Source of the DNA: an uncultured Acidobacteriota bacterium
Lineage (GTDB): Bacteria > Acidobacteriota > Thermoanaerobaculia > Gp7-AA8
Reading direction: 5' to 3'
DNA: 64,000 nt
NCBI GenBank assembly: GCA_963822445.1
Contig: CAWGHO010000002.1
Coordinates: forward strand, 1,088,001 to 1,152,000
Part shown: positions 56,860 through 64,000 of the stretch, one piece after another
Layout: every line of letters begins with the position of its first letter
How positions within the stretch are numbered: position 1 is the first letter of the stretch
Made by a program: the position numbers and the translations under genes
Notes under the pieces: model-generated
What the model saw: only the letters and a program-made list of their open reading frames with translations
The model's database searches: none
What the model was told of the DNA's origin: nothing

Positions 56860-57813
56860 TCAAGACTCCTTGCGCCAGCGCGAGTAGATCCCCTTCGACA
56901 TGTAGCGCTCCGCGGCGTCGGGGATGATGGTGACGACGCGCTTGCCTTTGCCGAGGCGCTTCGCCACCTGGAGGGCGGCGGTGACATTCGCGCCGGCCGA
57001 GGATGCGCCGAGGATTCCTTCTTCGACGGCCAGGCGCGCGACCATGTCGAAGGCGGGATCGTCGTCGACGCCGATCACGTCGTTTGCGAGAGACATGTCC
57101 AGTACCGGCGGCACGAACGTCGAGGCGCCGATCCCCTCCACTTCATGCGGGCCGGCCTCGCCGCCTTTCAGAATCGAGCCCTGGGGCTCGACGATGTAGC
57201 ACTCGACGGCGGGCAGGCGCTCGCGCAGATAGCGCGCCACGCCGGTGAACGTCCCGCCGGTTCCCGCGCCGGCAAGCCACGCATCGACGCGGCCTTCCAT
57301 CTGCTCGAAGATCTCCGGTCCGGTCGTCTCGTAGTGCGATTCGGTGTTGAACGGATTCGCGAACTGCTGCGGCACGTACGCGCCTTCGATCTCGCTCGCG
57401 AGCTCCTGGGCCTTGGCGATGGCCGCCTTCATCCCCAGGTCTTTCGGCGTGAGGATGACTTCGCCGCCGAGGGCCTTCATCACTTCGCGCTTTTCGATGG
57501 AGAAGTTCTCCGGGACGCAGAGGATGACCCGATAGCCCTTCTGCACGCCGGCCAGCGCGAGGGCAACGCCGGTGTTGCCCGCCGTCGGCTCGATGATCGT
57601 GCCGCCGGGCTTCAGCAGTCCGGCACGTTCCGCGCGCTCGATCATCCCGACGCCGATGCGGTCTTTGACCGAAAGGCCGGGACTCATGAACTCCATCTTC
57701 ACGAAGATGTCGGCGTCCTCCGCGCCGGCGATGCGGCGCAGGCGCACCATCGGCGTGTTGCCGATGAGATCGAGGACGGAGTCGACGACGGGAGGGGCGG
57801 AGCGGCGGGTCAA
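56860..57813 (-). CDS. Cysteine synthase / OAS-dependent cystathionine beta-synthase family
   Basis: GNTP, SVKDR, EPTAGNTG, GTGGT, EGIG. Confidence 0.92.
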   Translation of the reverse strand: MTRRSAPPVVDSVLDLIGNTPMVRLRRIAGAEDADIFVKMEFMSPGLSVKDRIGVGMIERAERAGLLKPGGTIIEPTAGNTGVALALAGVQKGYRVILCVPENFSIEKREVMKALGGEVILTPKDLGMKAAIAKAQELASEIEGAYVPQQFANPFNTESHYETTGPEIFEQMEGRVDAWLAGAGTGGTFTGVARYLRERLPAVECYIVEPQGSILKGGEAGPHEVEGIGASTFVPPVLDMSLANDVIGVDDDPAFDMVARLAVEEGILGASSAGANVTAALQVAKRLGKGKRVVTIIPDAAERYMSKGIYSRWRKES

Positions 57814-57832
57814 GCGGCGGGGATTCTAGCGG

Positions 57833-57866
57833 AAAAAACAAACGGCCCGCGTTTCCGCGGGCCGTT
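57833..57866 (-). terminator. Rho-independent terminator of the zinc-ribbon gene
   Basis: AACGGCCCGCG-GAAA-CGCGGGCCGTT followed by TGTTTTTT on the minus strand. Confidence 0.85.
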
Positions 57867-57897
57867 CACTCGTCGATTCGTTTTGTTGGGGGGATTC

Positions 57898-58218
57898 TTA
57901 CGCCCAGCTCGAAGGGCGGCTGTTCGAGCGGCGCTGGTTATAGCAATCGCGGCAGTACACAGGCTTCCCGCTGACCGGGGTGAACGGCACCTCGGTCGGG
58001 ATGCCGCAGCTGTCGCAGGTGACGCTCACCATCTGACGGGTGCGGCCTTCGCCGCCGTTTCCGTCGCGGGCGGTCTTCCGTTTGTCGCGGCAGTTCTTGC
58101 AACGCTTCGGCTCGTTGGTAAAGCCACGCTCGGCGTAGAACGCCTGTTCATTGCGGCTGAAGACGAACTCCTGACCGCAGTCGGCACAATTGAGGGACTT
58201 GTCGTTGAAAGTGTCCAT
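57898..58218 (-). CDS. Double zinc-ribbon protein (CxxC-x17-CxxC)
   Basis: CADCG.EF.F...EQ.FY...GF...PKRC..CR; CDSCG....VPF.P..GKPVYCRDC; SD AGGAG. Confidence 0.92.
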   Translation of the reverse strand: MDTFNDKSLNCADCGQEFVFSRNEQAFYAERGFTNEPKRCKNCRDKRKTARDGNGGEGRTRQMVSVTCDSCGIPTEVPFTPVSGKPVYCRDCYNQRRSNSRPSSWA

Positions 58219-58503
58219 GAAACCTTGATCTCCTAACGGTTTGTTGCGAGTGATGACGGGTGCCGCAGCGGGTAAGTCATGTGCGGGGGCCGCGACCTGC
58301 CCCGCTGTGTTGGTGAGGACAACGGTGCGTTACGAATCGACCCCCTTCCGAGCTACGGAAACAAAGCAATCCCCAAACGAACGCCGCTGTCCGATGTGGG
58401 GAAGTATTCGCATTGGTTTCCGGTGCTCGACTTTTAGCATAGCCACCTGGTCGAAGCAACGAATTACCGGCTTCTCAAAATAAGCATGTCAAGGTATTGA
58501 CCA

Positions 58504-59343
58504 TTGAAAAACGGCAACTCGATTCGCGTCGGGCCGGCGGGCTGGAGCTACACGGATTGGGAAGGAACCGTGTACCCGAAGCACGGCTCGAAGTTCGATC
58601 ACCTGGCCTATCTTTCGTCGTTCTTCGACACCATCGAGATCAACTCGCCGTTCTACCGGATCCCTCCTCCGTCGCATGCGAAGAGCTGGGTCCGCCGCGT
58701 CTCCGGCAACCCCGATTTCAAGTTCACGACGAAAGTCTTCCGCGGGTTCACGCATGACAAAGCGACATTCACCGCGACCGACATCAAGGCTTTCCGCGAC
58801 TATCTCGATCCGCTGATGGACGCGAATCGCCTCGGCGCGATCCTTCTGCAGTTCCCCTGGAGCTTCAAGAACTCGCCGGAAGCCTGCGCGAAACTGGAAA
58901 CGCTCTTCGACGCGTTCAAGGGATATCCGCGCGCGCTGGAAGTGCGGCATTCCACGTTTCAGAACGAGGAGTTCTTCCGCTTTCTCGACGAGCACGACGT
59001 CGCCTGGGTGAATGTCGATCAGCCGCTGTTCGACAACTCCGTCAAGCCATCGGACACCGTCACCGGCCCGCTGGCGTACGCGCGGTTCCACGGCCGCAAC
59101 TACGAGAAGTGGTTCGCGCACGAAGAGTCATGGGAGCGCTACAACTACCTCTACTCGGAGAAGGAGCTCGAGCCGTGGGTCGCGCGGATCGAGAACATGG
59201 CCAGGAGCAAGGAAACGTTCGTGATCACCAACAATCACTTCCGCGGCCAGGCCATCGTCAATGCCGGGGAGCTGAAGGAAGCGCTCGGGCAGGAAGGAAA
59301 GCTGCCGCCGCAGTTGAAAGAGGTCTATCCCGATCGCGGCTAA
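58504..59343 (+). CDS. DUF72 family protein
   Basis: G.AGWSY.DW, EINS.FY, LLQFP, EVRH, RFHGRN, NNH. Confidence 0.92.
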   Translation: MKNGNSIRVGPAGWSYTDWEGTVYPKHGSKFDHLAYLSSFFDTIEINSPFYRIPPPSHAKSWVRRVSGNPDFKFTTKVFRGFTHDKATFTATDIKAFRDYLDPLMDANRLGAILLQFPWSFKNSPEACAKLETLFDAFKGYPRALEVRHSTFQNEEFFRFLDEHDVAWVNVDQPLFDNSVKPSDTVTGPLAYARFHGRNYEKWFAHEESWERYNYLYSEKELEPWVARIENMARSKETFVITNNHFRGQAIVNAGELKEALGQEGKLPPQLKEVYPDRG

Positions 59344-60029
59344 CGTCCCACGAAATCGAAGATCTTTTCCGTCTTCGGCCCCAGGGGTGTCCGTTCCGGA
59401 TTGACGCCGCAGATCTCCTGCACCTGCTTCTTGAACCACATCGCGAACGGATCGGCGGCACGCGCAACGCGATCCGCTGTCTGCAACGGATCGGGCATCG
59501 CCCCGACGGCGATGGCGATCGGGCCGTGGTCGGTCTGCTGCACGTACCAGGCTGCGCGAACTCCCATCTGCTCGTAAAACGCGCGCGTCTCGTCGGGTCG
59601 CTGATGCAACTGATCGACGAGCTCTTCGATGGCCTCGCGGCTCTTCAGCGGATAGGCACGAACGACCAGCGGCTCGCCGTGACTGATGCGGGCGCCGCCG
59701 CCGGAGTCGAACACGAGGTCGGTTGGCGGTCCAAGCGGTGTGACGTTCGGGTCGACGCCGGTCACGTCCATGACGCGCTGTTTGAACCAGGCCGCGAATC
59801 CTTCGCGGGCCGCGGCGTACTCGTCCGCGTTCTCGCGCACCGGCTCCTGCGCCTCGGTCACACCGATGACGATGTCGCCGTAATCCCAGCTCTGAAAGAA
59901 CCAGGCCTCGCGGGTGATGCCGAAGCTGTCGAAGAACTGCCGGGCCTCGTCGGCCCGCTCGTTCAATTCGCGAGCGAACTGCTCGACTGCCGCGCGACTC
60001 CGAACGGAAAACGCACGCACGATCAGCAT
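59340..60029 (-). CDS. Hypothetical protein made of two tandem ~110-aa domains
   Basis: Both halves read VRA...SR.A.E...AW...F..WFK..V....GV.P..TPLGP. Confidence 0.75.
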   Translation of the reverse strand: MLIVRAFSVRSRAAVEQFARELNERADEARQFFDSFGITREAWFFQSWDYGDIVIGVTEAQEPVRENADEYAAAREGFAAWFKQRVMDVTGVDPNVTPLGPPTDLVFDSGGGARISHGEPLVVRAYPLKSREAIEELVDQLHQRPDETRAFYEQMGVRAAWYVQQTDHGPIAIAVGAMPDPLQTADRVARAADPFAMWFKKQVQEICGVNPERTPLGPKTEKIFDFVGR

Positions 60030-60085
60030 CTGTGCCGGACCTCCACCTCTCCGGCGCAGTATCGCACGCGGTAGGATGCGCGGCC

Positions 60086-61966
60086 ATGCCTCGAAAGAAG
60101 CGCGTCGTGGGCACTGCCGGCCACATCGATCACGGCAAGACCTCTCTCGTGCGCGCGCTCACCGGAATCGACACCGACCGCCTTCCCGAAGAGAAGCGCC
60201 GCGGCATCACCATCGACCTCGGATTCGCGAGCTGGTTCACCGACGACTACCAGATCGGCTTCATCGACGTCCCCGGCCACGAGCGCTTCGTGAAGAACAT
60301 GCTGGCCGGCATCGGCGGCATCGACAGCGCGTTGCTCGTCGTCGCGGCGGACGAATCGATCAAGCCGCAGACGCGCGAGCATTTCGCGATCTGCCGCCTG
60401 CTCGGCATTCCCACGGGCGTCATCGCCATCACGAAGAGCGACCTCGTCGAGCGCGACATCCTCGAGCTGGTCCGGCTGGAGATCGAAGACCTCGTCGTCG
60501 GCAGCTTTCTGCATGGAAAGCCGATCGTGCCGGTCAGCAGCACCACCGGTGCCGGTCTCGACGATCTCCGCAAAGCGCTGCTCGAATCGGTGGCGGGCGT
60601 CGACGATCGCGATGCGACGACGCGCGTGTTCCGCCTCCCGATCGATCGCGTGTTCACGATGAAAGGCTTCGGCTCGGTGATCACCGGCACGACGTACAGC
60701 GGCCGGGTGAAAGTCGAAGACGAAGTGGAAGCGCTGCCGGGCAGCCTTCGCAGCCGCGCCCGGGCGATTCAGGTTCACCGCGAAGCGCGCAACGAGGCTT
60801 CGGCCGGCGAGCGCACGTCGATGAACCTCGCCGACATCGCGCTCGAGGACCTGCGCCGCGGCCAGCAGCTCGTGCACGTCGGGACGTTGCGTCCTTCGCA
60901 GATCATCACCGCCCGCGTCGATCTGCTGCACGACGCGAAACCGCTCGAAGAACAGACGCGGATTCGTTTCCACCACTTGTCGGCGGAGCTGCTCGGAACG
61001 CTGCGCTTCGTCGACGACACCGGCAAAGCCATTCAGCCCGGCACGAGCGCGTTCGTGCAGTTTCGTCTCGAGTCGCCCGTGGTTGCTGTGGCGGGCGATC
61101 GCTTCGTCATCCGCCGTTACTCGCCGGCGACGACGATCGGCGGCGGCCAGATTCTCGATGCGCACCTGCCCAAGCTCAGCCGCCGCACGCGCCGCGAATT
61201 GCTGGAAACGCTCGAAGACGGCTCCCTGCCGGCGCGCGTGGAGCTCATGGCGAAGCTGCAGGGACTGCGCGGATTGACGATGGAGGAAGTGCAGGTGCGG
61301 ACGGGCATCCGCACGGCGACGCTCGCGAAAGAGCTGAAGAAGGTGCCGAACGTTGCCGACGTCGGCGGCGCGCGCTGGATTCACAACGACGTTCTCACCG
61401 ACTTCCGCCGCCGCTCGATGGACTTCCTCGAGAATTACTTCAAGGAAAACAAGGTCGCCTCGAACGTGCCCAAGGGCGAGTTCGTGCAGAAGCTGATTCC
61501 CAGCGGCGCGCCGGTCAACTTCCTCCTCGCCGATCTCGCCAGCGAGCGCATTGCCGTCGTGCAGGGCGACGCCCTGGACATCCCCGGCCGCTCGAAAACC
61601 CTCGGCGGCGCGGAAGGTGAGCTGGCGCGGGCGATTGAATCGCGTTACGCCGAAGCCGGACTGCAGACGCCCGCGACCTCGGAGATCATCAAAGCGATTC
61701 CCCAGAAGCCGAAGGTGATCGAGGGCGTGATCGCCTACCTCGTGAAACAGGGAATCATCGTGCGACTCGCGGAAGGCGTGTACCTGCACCGGGACACGCT
61801 CAGCGCCGCGCGGGAGAAGCTGGCTGCGAAGAAGGGCGAGACGATCGACGTCGGCGAGTTCAAGGATTTTTTCGGAATCTCGCGGAAGGTGGCCATTCCG
61901 CTGCTGGAGTATCTCGATCAGCAGGGAGTGACGAAGAGGATCGGGGATTCACGAAAGGTCGTTTAG
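60086..61966 (+). CDS. selB: Selenocysteine-specific elongation factor
   Basis: [36 protein letters not shown]-terminal [12 protein letters not shown]. Confidence 0.96.
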   Translation: MPRKKRVVGTAGHIDHGKTSLVRALTGIDTDRLPEEKRRGITIDLGFASWFTDDYQIGFIDVPGHERFVKNMLAGIGGIDSALLVVAADESIKPQTREHFAICRLLGIPTGVIAITKSDLVERDILELVRLEIEDLVVGSFLHGKPIVPVSSTTGAGLDDLRKALLESVAGVDDRDATTRVFRLPIDRVFTMKGFGSVITGTTYSGRVKVEDEVEALPGSLRSRARAIQVHREARNEASAGERTSMNLADIALEDLRRGQQLVHVGTLRPSQIITARVDLLHDAKPLEEQTRIRFHHLSAELLGTLRFVDDTGKAIQPGTSAFVQFRLESPVVAVAGDRFVIRRYSPATTIGGGQILDAHLPKLSRRTRRELLETLEDGSLPARVELMAKLQGLRGLTMEEVQVRTGIRTATLAKELKKVPNVADVGGARWIHNDVLTDFRRRSMDFLENYFKENKVASNVPKGEFVQKLIPSGAPVNFLLADLASERIAVVQGDALDIPGRSKTLGGAEGELARAIESRYAEAGLQTPATSEIIKAIPQKPKVIEGVIAYLVKQGIIVRLAEGVYLHRDTLSAAREKLAAKKGETIDVGEFKDFFGISRKVAIPLLEYLDQQGVTKRIGDSRKVV

Positions 61967-62602
61967 TAGCGCCATCACGCGCTCCGTCACCCGATCGCAC
62001 CGCCCACTCCCGAACGGATACACCGCCTGCAACGTCTCTCCCGCGCGTCGCGCGATTCCATCGCGAACCATCGCTCGCGCGCGATGCAACCGCGTCTTCA
62101 CCACATCCTCAGAAACACTGAGCGCCTCCGCGGCCTCGGCAGTGCTCAACCCTTCGACATCGCGCAGCACGAGCACCGTTCGGTAAGTCGCCGGCAGTGC
62201 GGCCAGCTCCATCTCCATCACTTCGCGCATCTGGGACGCCTGGGCCTGTTGTTCCGGGTCGGGAGCGTTCGATTGCAGTTCCATGTCTTCGATTTCCCAC
62301 TCCGCGCGGCCCCGTTTGCGCAGACGCGCCAGCGCTTCGTTCACCGCGATCCGGATCAGCCACGTCGAGAACTGTGCGCGCTCGGCGAACTGGCCGAGGT
62401 GGGCGAAGGCGTTGAGGTAGGCCTGCTGCATTGCGTCTTCGACCTCGTCGTCCGTTCTCAGCACGGAGCGCACAGCGCGGTAAACCCGCTGGTTGTAGCG
62501 GCGGATGAGAATCTCGAACAGCGCCGTGTCGCCGTCGAGGACGCGCCGGACGACGTCCGCGTCGGAGAGCTGATCGGTGGCGATGGCTGGAAGAACGCTC
62601 AT
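61949..62602 (-). CDS. ECF sigma factor with C-terminal RCDR extension
   Basis: FSTWL.RIA.NE, LP..YR.V.VLRD.EG.ST.E.A, VKTRLHRAR, tail PFGSGRCDRV. Confidence 0.92.
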   Translation of the reverse strand: MSVLPAIATDQLSDADVVRRVLDGDTALFEILIRRYNQRVYRAVRSVLRTDDEVEDAMQQAYLNAFAHLGQFAERAQFSTWLIRIAVNEALARLRKRGRAEWEIEDMELQSNAPDPEQQAQASQMREVMEMELAALPATYRTVLVLRDVEGLSTAEAAEALSVSEDVVKTRLHRARAMVRDGIARRAGETLQAVYPFGSGRCDRVTERVMALLNDLS

Positions 62603-62610
62603 GACTGATT

Positions 62611-62664
62611 GGAGTCCCGCCGCGCGAAAAGGTGACAGGTCACCAAATCGCGCCCGTCCACTCT
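62611..62664. promoter_or_regulatory. Back-to-back candidate ECF promoters, GTCACC-N15-ACTC on both strands
   Basis: Central GGTGAC-AG-GTCACC; identical spacing to ACTC in each direction. Confidence 0.65.
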
Positions 62665-62688
62665 GATGGTGGCAGGAGGAAAAATCCA

Positions 62689-63084
62689 ATGAATCGACAC
62701 CTTGAGTCCGCATGGTGGACGCTGCGCATCGCGTTCGGGGCAACAGCTTTCCTGGCCGGTCTCGACAAGTTCTTCAATCTGCTCGCCGACTGGGAGGCCT
62801 ACGTGAGCCCGCTCATGACCAGCATCCTGCCGCTCTCGGCAGGCGTACTGATGCGGGTTGCGGGCGTGATCGAAATGATCGCCGGCATCGCCGTTCTCGC
62901 CGGTCTGACTCGCCTCGGCGGCTACGTGATCGCCGGCTGGCTCACGCTGATCGCCATCTCGCTGGTGACCACCGGACACTACTTCGACGTCGCGGTTCGC
63001 GACCTGGTGATGGCCGCGGGTGCGTTCACGCTCGCGCGGATCAGCGAGACGCGGGAGACTTCGCCGGCACCGGCTTCGGCGTGA
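62689..63084 (+). CDS. DoxX-like membrane protein
   Basis: SD AGGAGG; LR..FG....AGLDKF, G.IE, YFDVAVRD. Confidence 0.8.
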   Translation: MNRHLESAWWTLRIAFGATAFLAGLDKFFNLLADWEAYVSPLMTSILPLSAGVLMRVAGVIEMIAGIAVLAGLTRLGGYVIAGWLTLIAISLVTTGHYFDVAVRDLVMAAGAFTLARISETRETSPAPASA

Positions 63085-63772
63085 GATCGCGATAGTCGCG
63101 GGGAATGGTGAGCATCGCCTCCGGCACCTGCCGCGGGGCGATGCCGATGACCGCGCGGTCGATCACGCTCTTGCCCTTGCCGAACGGCAGCTCCGCCTTG
63201 TCGGCGAGCGGAAACCCGCGTGCGCGCAGCAACTCTTCATCGACGCGCTGCATGATCGGCGCGAGCGGCGACGCCGGCGGATCGCTGGCCAGCATCATCG
63301 CGAACAGCCCGTCGGGAATTGACGGGTGATCGCCGATCCAGAGCTCGCGGCGATACGCGCCGACCTCGATCACCGTCTGCTGCGCGTTCACGCCGTTCAT
63401 CGTCTTCCGCGAGCCGTGTGTCAGCTTCGCGCGCGGGTAGTGCGAGGGAATCGCCGCGGCGAGCGTGGCGCGGCGTCGATTGAGGAGCGTCTCCACTGAC
63501 TCCGTGCGAAAGGTCTTGTCGATGTCATCGACGAACGTGACGGTGTTCGCCTTCGTGTCGAAGAGCCGCCAGACGTCCTGCTCGCCGGTGCTGCGCGCGC
63601 GGCCGTTGGCGATGACGATCTCGTGATTCGTGGTCTGTTCGCCGATCGCCGTCCGGACGGTGACGACGGTCGCCGCAAGCTGCGGCCCGGCCCCCGGTTT
63701 TGGAGGCGGCTTCGGGGCGGGCTTGCACGCGATGGCGATCGCGAGGAGAAGTAGAAGAAGTCGGTGGCTCAC
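63041..63772 (-). CDS. Hypothetical lipoprotein
   Basis: Lipobox AIAC; GTGA overlap with polA; C-terminal IP.DY. Confidence 0.7.
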   Translation of the reverse strand: MSHRLLLLLLAIAIACKPAPKPPPKPGAGPQLAATVVTVRTAIGEQTTNHEIVIANGRARSTGEQDVWRLFDTKANTVTFVDDIDKTFRTESVETLLNRRRATLAAAIPSHYPRAKLTHGSRKTMNGVNAQQTVIEVGAYRRELWIGDHPSIPDGLFAMMLASDPPASPLAPIMQRVDEELLRARGFPLADKAELPFGKGKSVIDRAVIGIAPRQVPEAMLTIPRDYRDLTPKPVPAKSPASR

Positions 63773-64000
63773 TCTTTGGCGTCGTACCAGCTTTTTCCCC
63801 AGTGCGCGTCCACTGCCAGCGGCACCGCGAGCGGGAAGACGTTCTCCATGGTCTCCTTCACGATCCCCGCCACCTCGGCCGCGCTCGCCTCGGGCGTCTC
63901 GATGACGATCTCGTCGTGCACGGTCAGCAGCATGCGCGGACCGTCGCGTCGCGCGCCGAGGTTCTTCTCCAGCGCGATCATGGCCATCTTGAGGATGTCG
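63769..64000 (-). CDS. polA: DNA polymerase I, C-terminal end
   Basis: DILKMAM, LLTVHDEIV.E, L.VPL.V....G.SW..AK. Confidence 0.93.
   Translation of the reverse strand, partial: DILKMAMIALEKNLGARRDGPRMLLTVHDEIVIETPEASAAEVAGIVKETMENVFPLAVPLAVDAHWGKSWYDAKE

Noticed and set aside
58241-58483. Short ORFs in the zinc-ribbon/DUF72 intergenic region
   Set aside because: No SD, atypical codons; better explained as promoter and leader sequence.
60086-61966. Selenoprotein genes, selC or SECIS near selB
   Set aside because: No in-frame TGA at a catalytic Cys position and no tRNA-Sec noticed in this window.

Overview
High-GC bacterial chromosomal window, mostly housekeeping genes. The gene mix (bsh genes, MglA-like GTPase, TPR Ser/Thr kinase, FadL-like barrel, sufU/sufT-type Suf) suggests Acidobacteriota, possibly Thermoanaerobaculia; this is inference. 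About 70 CDS are supportable, including proS, glyQS, ppdK, selB, the polA 3' end, galU, ddl, maf, gpsA-plsY, rrf2-sufBCDSUT, methyltransferase-bshC-bshB1-bshA, a cysK/cystathionine lyase pair and two small TA-like pairs. Many essential genes carry indels, most likely long-read assembly errors. No rRNA, tRNA, CRISPR array or IS transposase was seen. Best leads: (1) a six-gene membrane cluster with two IFITM-like CD225/dispanin proteins, DUF2752, a zinc-ribbon pseudopilin and a shared SYTPPPP motif; (2) intergenic elements built from inverted 7/8-mer tandem arrays; (3) at least 14 genes with a -10 box 6-10 nt before the start codon and no SD; (4) an ECF sigma with mirror-image divergent promoters; (5) a probable N-methyl-bacillithiol operon; (6) a coupled LLM-deacetylase-variant asparaginase II operon; (7) a perfect 25-bp palindrome upstream of the suf operon and a structured leader on a zinc-ribbon gene. 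Family names come from motif recognition, not database searches.
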